Of a DNA stretch of 64,000 nt, positions 49,501 through 59,511 are shown piece after piece (the first letter of the stretch is position 1; each line of letters starts with the position of its first letter). The DNA comes from a virus. The stretch spans positions 1-64,000 of the IMG/VR virus record IMGVR_UViG_3300042261_001452; one strand, written 5' to 3'. Made by a program: the position numbers and the translations under genes. Under the pieces are notes generated by a model that saw only the letters and a program-made list of their open reading frames with translations, was not told the DNA's origin and made no database searches.

Positions 49501-50748
49501 AGTTGCAAATCCACCTTCTCTAATATCTTCTAAACTAAAATTCTTATATAGTCCAGTTCTGCCGAATAAGGCTCTTACTGTTAAGGAATTTGCTGGTAAA
49601 AATTTTGTCTGTCCTGCTTCTTCTTCTGGCAATTGTGAAGCAGCAAAGGCTTCTTGAAGATTAACGCTTCTTCCAGACCTAAGCATATTATAATAATTAA
49701 TACAGACTCCTCTTTCTCTTCTATACTGCTGAAGAATGGTTGACTTTACATTTTCATGTAGCTTTTCCTCTATTTTATTTAAAATGGATATAGCCTCTAG
49801 ATCAGCAGGAGAATTCATAACCGCCTCTTCATCCATATTAAGCAATCTTAATCTATCATTATAAATTGCTAATTCTTCTTTGGTTAAGTCACGAAGAATC
49901 TCTTCCTGTGACTCATATAATTTATTATTTCTTTTATCTTCTAATATTTTTTGGATTTTTTTCTGTCTTGCCTGAAGACTCTTATTAATTTTGGCATATC
50001 TTTCTTTAACTTCTTTAACATTAACAGGATTGCCATCATCGTCAAATGAGGTGACATTCTTGGCACGTTCAGTATTAGCTGCTATAGCATTGTTAATTCT
50101 TTCTAGTTCTATTTCTATTCCTTTATATTCTCTATCTAGCAAGAGTCTTTTATGGGCCTCTCTCATTTTCATAGCAGTTGTCGATTCTTCCATTATCTCT
50201 TTAAGGTTCTTTTCAAATTCTATAATAGATTCTTTTATTTTTTTGCTATTTCCCGTTTGAGATCCATCTGGACTAAAAATTTGGTCAATAATAGAAAGAT
50301 CAAATCCCTTCTCTTCTAACCAACTAGGAGTAACAACTCTTTCTTGTCCATAGAGAAGAGAATCAATATTATTGACCACGTTTGGATAATCCGTTGTTAA
50401 TCTTTTACCTAGAAGATCATCAGTTGTAACATCTTGGAAGTAATCTTCTGGAAGACTAGCATTTGTTGCGTCTGGATAATAAACTTCATTGTTTGATGGA
50501 GGAATAGCATAACGCATAAGCATTTCAACTAATGGCATATAAGGATCAGTACCAATTACAAAATTTACCATGCCTGTTGATCTTAGTTTAGAATATAATC
50601 TTTCATATTTGGGCAACTTACAAATAGCATCTAACATTTTATAATTGGCAACATCTTTTGTTCCCAAAACATCATTAAAATGTCCTAAGGCTGCTTGTTT
50701 CTTTAGTTTATTATTATGAATTTTCTTTATAGCTATTATTTTAAACAT
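46531..50748 (-). CDS. large AAA+ ATPase
   Basis: GKPGVGKT, NKWLGE pore loop, IFDEIDR, MTTN. Confidence 0.85.
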   Translation of the reverse strand: MFKIIAIKKIHNNKLKKQAALGHFNDVLGTKDVANYKMLDAICKLPKYERLYSKLRSTGMVNFVIGTDPYMPLVEMLMRYAIPPSNNEVYYPDATNASLPEDYFQDVTTDDLLGKRLTTDYPNVVNNIDSLLYGQERVVTPSWLEEKGFDLSIIDQIFSPDGSQTGNSKKIKESIIEFEKNLKEIMEESTTAMKMREAHKRLLLDREYKGIEIELERINNAIAANTERAKNVTSFDDDGNPVNVKEVKERYAKINKSLQARQKKIQKILEDKRNNKLYESQEEILRDLTKEELAIYNDRLRLLNMDEEAVMNSPADLEAISILNKIEEKLHENVKSTILQQYRRERGVCINYYNMLRSGRSVNLQEAFAASQLPEEEAGQTKFLPANSLTVRALFGRTGLYKNFSLEDIREGGFATWNPLKWLNESYKDFRGQIDRANRSQSQESIIADFNRSLEILSTKLEEYQTTDEELIGIKNNILGILTAKIKNPQGQEDPSQTIRLILAKQSNIQEEMRKFNAKASSHGKTMVLQNMDRCAVIQPFDSNRSDKKDEGQGYRYQLQDQKRFSDFFDTCAARDLKAIEGKSIPDGRRIVFISNEKIKIEGAKYADLAAFPVTDEEARIIVRHMMGPFINKMVDARLYRKQEELEEEYEDDPNTLVSELEKAKTEFEKERSKGTIDSQSKDVVNALVNAIIGLSQKDAIDLVNKTISENLHGLNETLYDEQGQRMGIYFDADTAKENLVKETNERKGQTMGIVAKTPRVKFKSFIYNKKGGWGEKMEEIKTKLLILSENGEEMSKIAKKIKELTRLRDSAKDKATKEMYSQEIVASNRMWKDLKAQASIFLQTAIPHFTILYGKPGVGKTVWGEALADIIQTVGEPISLYSVNVEQTKNKWLGETGRLTDLLIEHIADSRNCIYIFDEIDRMLSQGTSGGGGGGAAQETHETTKEQVKKFLQFFERDNQELLINRNIFVIMTTNNVANLDNALKNRGQMGQMEVLPPDDPSEFVRFLNECIDDEEQARPNHPWLSQPSFGNTPKQRWDVIRNILRENKVDVDAIAKALVGKHLGVRSIVNLVEMMFKEYDSYAQWQDSLKRGVKTPMMGLPFTTENLLGAINESLVDREGKDKLGVGDYATKIHKETSELLASKPLEEVMVPDPTVVQKDPKNPVMRKVYRLPKELQELVDGKAPLKKEEEEEDQYGVVTIEVPDPNDPTKTKLERVPVKKTKTMQDLKDEGMKEDQEEPTAETTQEKITPPAKTPEKPKKGEETDKTKVKKQENKPNLQNQSTDNVARATTSTDYLYSFLKNKGIIQDDKLVVAYNNTIADKGLKKLDNELKNNQQLSPEKAEEFREIIRRLDADKKAKDSKAFDKLEDVGVGMFWNGQCMVAPVELFDMTESEQIQNKQRK

Positions 50749-50827
50749 AATTATCTTCCTAAATTTTTATATTGATAAAATTTAACTTCTTTTATTATTT
50801 CTTGAAATAAATCCAAAACTCCTACCT

Positions 50828-52771
50828 TTATCCCTCTATAAATCCTCTTTCTTTTACGGGAAAAGGAAGTTCAAGTTGTTCTTCTTTATTTTCTTCCTCT
50901 TCTGTAAAGAATTGTCTATCTCCTAACACTAATTCTCCTGTTCCATTTTTTCTTACAGAGCCTTGACTATTCTCAAGGATCTTTATAAAATTTTCAGAAT
51001 TCCACTTGATTCCTTCCCCTGTTTTTACAAAGAAATAATCATATGTAGCCATTTCCACTAATAATGTCTCAACATCTCTAACTGTAAACCCCTTAATTGT
51101 CGCTATATGTGCTATTCTATCTAAATCTAATTTATTAATCTTTTCTTGAAATGTTTCTGCCGAACTATAGCCTATAATCTTAATGCCTCTATTATTCATT
51201 CTTCTGGCAGAGGTCAATAATGTCTCTTTTAAAGATTTGGCATCAAAGTTGTCAATATTTATTACTAAATCTGCTCTTCCAGATCTTAATAATGGGCCTG
51301 TTATATTTTCTTTATGGTTAGTTGTTAATACTATAAAGATATTATTTTTAACTAACCCATTCTCTTCTTGAATATTTTGTAACCAATTCATGAATTCAGA
51401 TTCAACCTGCTTATGAGATTCATGCATTCCTTGTCCAGCTTGATTTGTAGCACCAATGGCTCTATCATATTCATCTATCCTTACGATTAAATGAGAGGCA
51501 TTAGCAATTTTTTTCAAACTTTCTCTCATTCTTTCTGCTCCTTCTCCAACCCATTTTGAGTGTACGGCACCTATATTAAAGTCCCATACATCAAATCCTA
51601 ATAATCCTGCCAAATGAATCGGAAAACTACTTTTACCTACTCCACCCTTTCCATAAAGAACTAAAACATGTGGTATTCTAGTTTGTAAGGCTTCTATTGT
51701 TTCAGAATAATAATCATCTTTACAAGATTTTAAGGCTTGATCTTGGGCTTGTTTCAAATCCCTAATTTCATTAAAATCTCTCAATATCTTTTTAACATCA
51801 TATGTAAAACTACTAGTCTCTGGACAAATATAATCTTCCCATGGTCTAGGTATTAATTGCGTGAGTCCAAATCCATCTTCCATAAAATTCTTATTAATTT
51901 TATCTCTTAATACTTTTACTAATGCATTTCCGTTAATAATTGTTTCATCTACTTTATCTTTTGACCTAGAAAAAGCATATCCTAAAATATCACCTGCATT
52001 AAGATAAGTTAGACCAGAAACTTTTCTTAAAATTTGTTCTCTATGAGAATGATTCATAAGAACTTTATATTTGTAGTTATTAAATAAAAAGATATAACTA
52101 TCCAATAAATGATCTGCACCAAATTTATCAACTGGAGGAAGTTCAATAGTTCTTATCTTAAAAGGAAATTGCAATTTTATATTTGATATCAATAATAATC
52201 TACAAGACTTTCTATTTGTGACATTTCTAAAATCATCAAAAATCCATAAGGCTCTTTGATCTATTCTTCCGGGTTCTTTACAAAAATCTAGACTATAATC
52301 AATATTTCTTATTACCAGATATTTATCTTTAAAATCATTTAGTAAAACTTCTTTCCTAGAAACAAATCCATCTGGTTTTCTCAATCTTTTACCAGTTTGA
52401 TAATCTATTTTAAAGGTTGGCATTCCATTAGAATCAATTTCAGTTTCAAAATTACCATAAATAAGTTCATCTAAAGATGTTGTACTATTGCTTGCTCCGG
52501 GCGAACCTTTTTGAAGTTCGACAGCATCTATTTTAGTAGTATTACGAAATAACTCTTGTTTTTTAAAACAATCATCCAAGAAAAAATCAACAAGGCAAGG
52601 ATCTTCATAATTTACAACTAAATTGGTTATTCCTGTTAAAGATAGCTTAATGGCTCCCAAAAGTTCTTTTTTAGTTTCTTGAAAACGCTCGCTATTTTGA
52701 ATAAGTGAAATAAAATCAATATTCTTTTTGATTTTTTGATTATTTTCTTCAATATTAATATCTTCTGCCAT
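50828..52771 (-). CDS. AAA+ ATPase (Ycf46-like)
   Basis: GKGGVGKS, SKWVGE, IDEYDR, LTTN, LLRSGRAD. Confidence 0.85.
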   Translation of the reverse strand: MAEDINIEENNQKIKKNIDFISLIQNSERFQETKKELLGAIKLSLTGITNLVVNYEDPCLVDFFLDDCFKKQELFRNTTKIDAVELQKGSPGASNSTTSLDELIYGNFETEIDSNGMPTFKIDYQTGKRLRKPDGFVSRKEVLLNDFKDKYLVIRNIDYSLDFCKEPGRIDQRALWIFDDFRNVTNRKSCRLLLISNIKLQFPFKIRTIELPPVDKFGADHLLDSYIFLFNNYKYKVLMNHSHREQILRKVSGLTYLNAGDILGYAFSRSKDKVDETIINGNALVKVLRDKINKNFMEDGFGLTQLIPRPWEDYICPETSSFTYDVKKILRDFNEIRDLKQAQDQALKSCKDDYYSETIEALQTRIPHVLVLYGKGGVGKSSFPIHLAGLLGFDVWDFNIGAVHSKWVGEGAERMRESLKKIANASHLIVRIDEYDRAIGATNQAGQGMHESHKQVESEFMNWLQNIQEENGLVKNNIFIVLTTNHKENITGPLLRSGRADLVINIDNFDAKSLKETLLTSARRMNNRGIKIIGYSSAETFQEKINKLDLDRIAHIATIKGFTVRDVETLLVEMATYDYFFVKTGEGIKWNSENFIKILENSQGSVRKNGTGELVLGDRQFFTEEEENKEEQLELPFPVKERGFIEG

Positions 52772-52784
52772 TTTATTATTATAC

Positions 52785-52820
52785 AAAAAAAGAAGGACGA
52801 CAAAAATCGTCCTTCTTTTT
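52785..52820. terminator. bidirectional-type terminator
   Basis: aaaaaagaaggacga...tcgtccttctttttt. Confidence 0.75.
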
Positions 52821-52863
52821 AAGTTTGTTTATTATATGAGTTATAATATTTAGATTTTATATC

Positions 52864-53679
52864 TTACTTCTCATAATCTGTAACAAGAAGCTTACAGAAG
52901 TCTGGAATATAACCTAGATCATTCTTCCAGTATTCATAAATCTTTTTCTTGACAGAAGGACTAAGCTTGGCAACTCTAACCATTCCATCACTATCAGTAG
53001 AAGCACTCTTCATCTCTACTTTCTTAGAAGCCTTGCCGCTTTCTTGAATGATTTCATCTTCCTTTTTGCCTTCGCCTTCATCTTCCTTATCTTCATCACC
53101 TTCTTCTTCGTCAGTGACTTCTAGCTCAATTGCTTCTTCCTCTTCATTATCTTCATCTGTATCAGTGATTTCAACTTCAATCTCTTCGCCATTGTCTTTA
53201 TTTTCATCTTCAACAATGACTTCTGTATCTGCATCAACTGGCTCAGCTTCGTCTTCAATTTCGATTTCTACTTCTTCAGGAACAACTTTGTCACCACCAA
53301 CTACTTCCTTAACTTCCTGAACAGCCTGCTCGACCTTCTCTACTGCCTGTCCTATTTTGCCAGCTAGATCTTCAGCTTTCTTGGCTTTATCAACAAGATC
53401 AGCAACGGCCTTTTGGGCATCAGTACCAACTTCCTTGCTAATCTCGCCAACTTGAGCCATGGGTTCCTGACAAGGAGCGCAAATCTCAGTAGTTTCTCCC
53501 TCTTCAACTGTAGCCTCTATCTGAGCTTTCTTATCACTTAGATAAGATTTTGCAGCAGCAAATAGAGCGTCTTTATCTGTTTTGTCTTGTTGGGTGCCTG
53601 TAGAAGCAGTCTTAGTTAGGACTTTGCCCTTAGGACTCCAATTAAATTCTGAATTACCAACTGGTGTAATAATAGCCAT
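52864..53679 (-). CDS. highly acidic scaffold-like protein
   Basis: Glu/Asp-rich; KTAS, KKAQ, KSAS sites; GGAG RBS. Confidence 0.6.
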   Translation of the reverse strand: MAIITPVGNSEFNWSPKGKVLTKTASTGTQQDKTDKDALFAAAKSYLSDKKAQIEATVEEGETTEICAPCQEPMAQVGEISKEVGTDAQKAVADLVDKAKKAEDLAGKIGQAVEKVEQAVQEVKEVVGGDKVVPEEVEIEIEDEAEPVDADTEVIVEDENKDNGEEIEVEITDTDEDNEEEEAIELEVTDEEEGDEDKEDEGEGKKEDEIIQESGKASKKVEMKSASTDSDGMVRVAKLSPSVKKKIYEYWKNDLGYIPDFCKLLVTDYEK

Positions 53680-53773
53680 TTTTATATCTCCTTATTTGTT
53701 CTTATGCACTCTATTATGTGCCTTGATATTGTTATACTCAAAAACTAATAAATATTCCTTCTTACATTTTTAT

Positions 53774-53995
53774 TTATTTTTTATCCCCATGAGCGGCATG
53801 ATTCAACGTCCAGTCTTTCCCACTATCTTTCTGAAATTCTTCTAGGCAAGAAAACCAAGCCTCTTGAGGATTCATCCCATCATTTAGCTTACTTCGATAA
53901 GCATTCATCCAAGAACGAGAAAGCCCTAACATCAAGCCTCTTCCATCATCATTAAAAGCTTTTTTAACAAATTTATTTAAATTAAAAGTCGTCAT
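53774..53995 (-). CDS. small hypothetical protein
   Basis: MTTFNLNKFVKKA leader. Confidence 0.6.
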   Translation of the reverse strand: MTTFNLNKFVKKAFNDDGRGLMLGLSRSWMNAYRSKLNDGMNPQEAWFSCLEEFQKDSGKDWTLNHAAHGDKK

Positions 53996-54045
53996 AATTA
54001 TTTATTTCCTATATTTTAAAAAAAATCCTTCTGTTTTTTATATTT

Positions 54046-55008
54046 CTACATTAATCTATCTACTTCCTGTCTACTTCTTTCACGAAATTCATTTAACTTA
54101 TTAGGATCTATTTCTTGATCATTATAATCTAAAACTATTAAATTGACAATATTATCTAATAAAAAGCTCTTAGGTTGATTCCCTTTAATCGTCCATCCAT
54201 CCCCACCAGATATATTTGAAGATATATCAAAAGCCACTAAAAATTCTCCGTTAGGCCCACTTTTAATGACATAACCTTCTCCGGGTAAAGGCATAACTTT
54301 TCTAGGGGGTAATATATGTCCATTTAATGTCCAATAAATAATTTCCATTTTAAGGTTGAATTCATCAGCAAAACGAATTTTTCCTCTTAAATCTCTTAAC
54401 CAATCAACCTTATCTGCCATTTCTTCATCATGTTTTTCTAGGTAAAGGCTTTGAGGATATTGCCCTCCTTCTGGCTGTTGTTCTGGAGGAGTTAATTCTT
54501 TTGGCTGTTCTTCTACTTTCTCTGGAATTGTCTTAGTTTCTTCTACCTTAGGAGTTTCTTTTGGCTTAACTTCTTCCTTTTTGGGTTCTTCTTTCTTTTT
54601 AAATGGTCTTGATAATAAATCTTTAATTGTCTTAATAAATCCGCCTTGGGCAGTTATTTCTCTTTTATTTCTATGAGTAACGCCTTCTCCAACTATTGAA
54701 AATCCAATATTTACATTATTCTCTCTAAACCAATTCTTATTGACTTCCAATGCATATTTACAAGGTTTATTAGAACGAATTGATCTTGTGCTTAAAGGAG
54801 CCATACTTTCTATTTGAGTAATTGTTCCTTTTTCATCTATAAAGGCAATATCTAATGGAATATAAGTATTCTTCATCCAAAAACTTAAAACATTAGATTC
54901 TGGAAATTTAAATAGCATTCCATTATTTTGAGCTAATTTTTTCCTTCCCATTAATCCAAGTTCCCTCTTGGAAGGAGTATCAGCTAATTCTATTTTTAGT
55001 TTTTTCAT
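54046..55008 (-). CDS. DUF192-domain protein with C-terminal WYL-like domain
   Basis: LADTP..RELGLM.R..GMLF..FWMKNTYIPLDIAFI; C-terminal I.Y..R.V.P..AFD..KSF.LD.I; ATGA overlap. Confidence 0.7.
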   Translation of the reverse strand: MKKLKIELADTPSKRELGLMGRKKLAQNNGMLFKFPESNVLSFWMKNTYIPLDIAFIDEKGTITQIESMAPLSTRSIRSNKPCKYALEVNKNWFRENNVNIGFSIVGEGVTHRNKREITAQGGFIKTIKDLLSRPFKKKEEPKKEEVKPKETPKVEETKTIPEKVEEQPKELTPPEQQPEGGQYPQSLYLEKHDEEMADKVDWLRDLRGKIRFADEFNLKMEIIYWTLNGHILPPRKVMPLPGEGYVIKSGPNGEFLVAFDISSNISGGDGWTIKGNQPKSFLLDNIVNLIVLDYNDQEIDPNKLNEFRERSRQEVDRLM

Positions 55009-55241
55009 TTTTCTCTTGCTGCCTTTTCCAAAGTAAAAACATCTTGCCAAGAAATTCCACTTGTATCTAAGCCTTCAGTTAATTCCTGATAAGCATCTTC
55101 GTCTTCACAAGTGAAATATAAATTTCTAGATCCTGCTTTATTTGCCAAGTTAACACCATAAGGTACTTCTAGACTATATTGCCCATTAATAACCTTTTGG
55201 TATTGTGATTTAGAAAGAATAGCTATTATATCTTTTGCCAT
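55005..55241 (-). CDS. hypothetical protein
   Basis: 78 aa, coupled to neighbours. Confidence 0.55.
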   Translation of the reverse strand: MAKDIIAILSKSQYQKVINGQYSLEVPYGVNLANKAGSRNLYFTCEDEDAYQELTEGLDTSGISWQDVFTLEKAAREK

Positions 55242-55242
55242 A

Positions 55243-55704
55243 TTAATCTAATCTGATATTATTGTTATTATTAGCAGCATATGTAGGAGTTCTGTATCCT
55301 GTTTTTCCTTTAATGCTTATACTTGCTAAAATTTCAGTATATTTCTTACTCTTCTGATCTTTTAAGAACTTATTATTCTCTCCTAGTGCCATCGTAGTAA
55401 TAATAGTTTTTGCTCTATTAGTAAAACTAAGTTTTTGTTTGTCTTCAGAAATCAGCCCTCTCTGCTTTAATCTTTGAATGTCATCTTTTGATATTTTTGA
55501 ATTTTCTTTTAGCTTATATATTTCATCGCCAACTTTTTCAGTTTCATTCCAAATCTCTACAAGAAGATCGGCATCATTATTAGAGGCTAAAACCTCTAAT
55601 CCATTTTTTTTAACAGGACCAATATTCTTTAAAAAAGAATAATCTATTCCAGAATACCCTGTCTCATTATTCTCATCTTTAGTCTTTCCTATTGGCAATG
55701 GCAT
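55243..55704 (-). CDS. hypothetical, possible winged helix
   Basis: LKQRGLI..LSFTNRAK. Confidence 0.5.
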   Translation of the reverse strand: MPLPIGKTKDENNETGYSGIDYSFLKNIGPVKKNGLEVLASNNDADLLVEIWNETEKVGDEIYKLKENSKISKDDIQRLKQRGLISEDKQKLSFTNRAKTIITTMALGENNKFLKDQKSKKYTEILASISIKGKTGYRTPTYAANNNNNIRLD

Positions 55705-55705
55705 T

Positions 55706-58700
55706 TTAGTCTCCTATTAGTTTTTCTAATCTAAATTTCTTCAAAATATCCCTTAATTCCTCTCCATCTTTACAATTAAATAAAGTAGATATATTTTCAT
55801 TTATGTAAATTCTATACTTTTCATCAAATAATAAATTTGAATTTGATATAATTGCAACCATAAGATCTTCTGAAATATTATATCCCTCAATATTATATTT
55901 AATCGCTCTTACAATAATCATCGGATTGAGTTTAACTACTTCATTAGCATCTAAAACAGTCTCTAATGTATTATTATTTATATCTTCTACCGCTCTCCCA
56001 AGAATATCAATAATATTATTATCACATATATTAAGAGCCAATGTATTTATTGTAAAATCTCTATTGCATGCTGACCTGACTAAGCTATTTTTTAAATGTT
56101 CTTCATTTAATTCTTCAGTAAGCTTATTTAATTTTGGATAATGAGCAGATTTACTAAAATCTAGCTGTATTCCTTTATATACAAACGAAAGGCCAAAACG
56201 AGCACTTTCATAAATGTCTTCCCCACTAACGCCAAGTTTTTCCATTAAGGCATAGCCTATCTTTTGGCAAACATCTGGATTATTTGCGATAAATTCTAGT
56301 TTATTAATATTAAAGTCCTTATTAAGATAAATTCTTCTAGGCAAATCACCAATAATATAAAAATTGCTATATTCTAACTCCTTACATATATGCTTAATAT
56401 TAGATACAATAGACTTAATATTACTCTCTCTTTTCTCCTTAATACCAATAATCTTCTCTACTATATTCTTTAGCTCTTCTTTTACTTCATTATTTTGAAA
56501 ATAAGATTCACAATCATCTATTAAAGTATCTCTTAATTCTTCTGAAAAAAGCCAAATTGCACAAACATCTTCCCAATCTCCAATTGTTTTTGGAGGAATA
56601 TCATATGTATTGACTCTTATTCCATCCTTGGGCATCATTTTAATTATAAAGTCAGAGAATCCTTTATTTGTAACTATTCTACTTGCCTTGATTTTATTAT
56701 TTAGAATACTATATTCTATAGTTCTTAAAATCTTTAAAATATCAATAATTTCTTTATCTAATTGTCCTTTTTGTGCAAATCTTAAAGCTGGAGTTGTATG
56801 AGAATAATCTCTTGTCATATCATCAAATAACTGAGGACGGAATCTAGGCTCAATCCATCTATAATAAAACCCTTTGACATCATATTCTGGGTTATATCTT
56901 GGCTGCTTGCGAATTTCTTTATCACTCCATGCAAAATCTTCATCTCTATCATCCCAAGCCATTACTCTATCGCTTAATCCGGGAATAGTGCTTCCATCTG
57001 AAATATCAAGATTATTAAACCATCCAAATAGGAATCTATCTCCAGCTTTTCTCGCTTCTTTCTTAAAAGGATCATAAGAAAAAGCTTTAATATTCTCTAT
57101 CTTTAGATTTTCTGTAATAGGAATCATTAATGGCTTAGGTCTTTTATTCTCTAAAAGCATTTCGAGAGAAGTATAGCCTATAGATTCATCTCTGCTAGGC
57201 TCCAATAATTCTTCCATGATTAATTTTACATTTGGCCTAGAATCCATTCTAGTTTGTTTTCTTAATTGTTCTTCAATACTATTGTCTCTTTGAGATATAT
57301 CAGGAGCAAGATATTGTCTATTATCTCTTGCAATCTCTAACCTTCTATCGGTTGGGTCGCCTGAGCGTTGAGTTAGAATCATCGACCAATCAGGCAAAGA
57401 AGATAAATTAGATTGAGAAAGATATCTTCCTTGAATATCTGAGCCAGTAGGCTGTCCACTTAAAACAGACCCAGACATATGAGGACGAAATTGGGCTTGT
57501 TTATACCAAGAGTTACTTTGAGCATGAATTGTTTCGTGACCTACAGAAAGAGGCGTATAATATTTTTCTAAATTAGAACTCTGAAGCCGTTTCATATATT
57601 CTGAATTTACATAGTTGGTTTGCGCCCATGCTCTAAATTTAGCTTCTTCTGCTTCTGCTGGTCCTTCACTTGTAGCTCCCTTAGAGTGAGTAGCTTCATG
57701 TACAATTGTTGCAGCTAAATGATATATCCCAAGAACATTTGTTAAAATTTGCTTGATTTCACTAGGCAAATTAGGATCTTGGTTTCTTAACCCATCAATA
57801 ATATTATTAACATTTTGATTGGTGGCACTAATTATTCCGCTCATATTAAGACCAATAGCTGTTCCTCCACCACTTTCTATTTGTCTCCATAGTGAATCTA
57901 TATCTTCTTCTACCTTGGCTTGATCAATAGCATCATCTTTAGGATAGGCAAACAACATATTATTTTCATCTTTAATGATATAGCCTTTTTGTTCTAACTT
58001 CTTCTTAAGAAGATTAGTTTTAATAGCTCTATCTAAGGCTGGAACATAAACGCCAAAAGCCCCGCCTTTAGAGAAATTAAACACAAATGCTATATTTCTG
58101 AGAAAATCTCCAGAATATTTATTTACTAGTTGAATAGCTTCATTTGTTCCACCAAAGACTCCTGCAATTTGAGAGGCATCAACAGATGACGTTCCTATAA
58201 ATCTTTCAGCATGCTCGGGAATATTGCCAGAAAAATATCCATCGAAATCTGTTGGTTTTTCTATCTTCATTTGAGCATTTTTCTTTATCCCTTCATACCA
58301 ATTAGAAGCAATATTCTCATCAAACAAGTTTCTCATTCTCTTTAGTTTCTTAATTCTTTCCATTTCTGGGGAAATCGTTGAAGATGGAGTCTTTTCTTCC
58401 TCGTCTGTATCCTCTTGTGAAGCTTGTTCTGATTGTGGTAATGGCTTTACTTCTGGAGTTTGTGGAATTTTATCTTCTGCTTCCTGAGAAGGCATATCAT
58501 AATTTTTAGGTCTATTTAGTTCAAAATTCCAGTTGTTCTTTGTAGCATCAACTGGAATATAATTTATATTTTCTGATCCCACATACTTTTTCTCAGATTT
58601 TGCTGATTCAATAGCTTTTCTTAAAATAACTCTTACCTCATCTATGTTTTCTCTATATGTTTCTTGCAATGGTTGAACCTTAGATTGATTTTCACTTTCA

Positions 58701-59413
58701 AGATCAATGTATTCAAAGGCAGGAATAAATGCTGAGCTAGAAAACTCACTAAGTCCCCTACGTCTAACAATAAATAAATTCATTACCGATGCATGATAAA
58801 TTCGACTCTTCATTCTTGTTAATCTGACTAGGCCCATTATATCATATGATCCATATTTAGTTGTCTGTTCGTCATAAATGGCTTCTCGCTCAGCAATTGT
58901 GTCTGCTAGTCTTTCTTTTTCAGATTTATTTCTTTCTTTCTCTATTCTTACTTCTTCTATATATTCCTCATAATCATTAACTGTCAATGCAGATCTTGAT
59001 CCCCATGGAATTCTAAAAATAGCTAAAATTCTTCTAACTGCCTCATTATAAGGTAATTGTTTTTTACTCTTATCATACTCTACAGTAAATATAGGTTTAT
59101 TATCAAGAATGCTAAAAAGCGTGACTGTAAAAGAATTGTATTTGTCTTGACTTTTACCATATACCATTTTTAACATGTATTCTGGTCTATTTTTTACCCT
59201 ATTTGGAAGATTAATGTTCCCAATGCAGGTTTTAAAGGCAGAATCATCAGTATAAGAGAATTCTTCTTTGTTTTGCCAAATAATTCCCGGACTTTTTGAT
59301 ATTTTAAAGAAAAAATTTCTCTGAACACTATTAATATCTTTTATAGTAGCTACGTTACTTATAAAATTGAATTCTGATTGCTCAGAAGATTGTGCTTTTT
59401 TATACCAATTCAT
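55706..59413 (-). CDS. multidomain polyprotein: HExxH metallopeptidase-like plus degenerate CCA/poly(A) polymerase-like domain
   Basis: MNWYKKAQ start; IVHEATH..SE; C-terminal NRDFTIN and NPMIIVRAIKY without DxD. Confidence 0.7.
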   Translation of the reverse strand: MNWYKKAQSSEQSEFNFISNVATIKDINSVQRNFFFKISKSPGIIWQNKEEFSYTDDSAFKTCIGNINLPNRVKNRPEYMLKMVYGKSQDKYNSFTVTLFSILDNKPIFTVEYDKSKKQLPYNEAVRRILAIFRIPWGSRSALTVNDYEEYIEEVRIEKERNKSEKERLADTIAEREAIYDEQTTKYGSYDIMGLVRLTRMKSRIYHASVMNLFIVRRRGLSEFSSSAFIPAFEYIDLESENQSKVQPLQETYRENIDEVRVILRKAIESAKSEKKYVGSENINYIPVDATKNNWNFELNRPKNYDMPSQEAEDKIPQTPEVKPLPQSEQASQEDTDEEEKTPSSTISPEMERIKKLKRMRNLFDENIASNWYEGIKKNAQMKIEKPTDFDGYFSGNIPEHAERFIGTSSVDASQIAGVFGGTNEAIQLVNKYSGDFLRNIAFVFNFSKGGAFGVYVPALDRAIKTNLLKKKLEQKGYIIKDENNMLFAYPKDDAIDQAKVEEDIDSLWRQIESGGGTAIGLNMSGIISATNQNVNNIIDGLRNQDPNLPSEIKQILTNVLGIYHLAATIVHEATHSKGATSEGPAEAEEAKFRAWAQTNYVNSEYMKRLQSSNLEKYYTPLSVGHETIHAQSNSWYKQAQFRPHMSGSVLSGQPTGSDIQGRYLSQSNLSSLPDWSMILTQRSGDPTDRRLEIARDNRQYLAPDISQRDNSIEEQLRKQTRMDSRPNVKLIMEELLEPSRDESIGYTSLEMLLENKRPKPLMIPITENLKIENIKAFSYDPFKKEARKAGDRFLFGWFNNLDISDGSTIPGLSDRVMAWDDRDEDFAWSDKEIRKQPRYNPEYDVKGFYYRWIEPRFRPQLFDDMTRDYSHTTPALRFAQKGQLDKEIIDILKILRTIEYSILNNKIKASRIVTNKGFSDFIIKMMPKDGIRVNTYDIPPKTIGDWEDVCAIWLFSEELRDTLIDDCESYFQNNEVKEELKNIVEKIIGIKEKRESNIKSIVSNIKHICKELEYSNFYIIGDLPRRIYLNKDFNINKLEFIANNPDVCQKIGYALMEKLGVSGEDIYESARFGLSFVYKGIQLDFSKSAHYPKLNKLTEELNEEHLKNSLVRSACNRDFTINTLALNICDNNIIDILGRAVEDINNNTLETVLDANEVVKLNPMIIVRAIKYNIEGYNISEDLMVAIISNSNLLFDEKYRIYINENISTLFNCKDGEELRDILKKFRLEKLIGD

Positions 59414-59457
59414 AATAGTATTATACTTCAAAAAAATGAACAAAAAACCTTTAAACA

Positions 59458-59490
59458 AAAAGCCAACGAAGAATTATCTCGTTGGCCTTT
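59458..59490. terminator. hairpin terminator
   Basis: gccaacga...tcgttggc flanked by A/T runs. Confidence 0.6.
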
Positions 59491-59511
59491 TATTTTTCAA
59501 ACTATTCTTTT

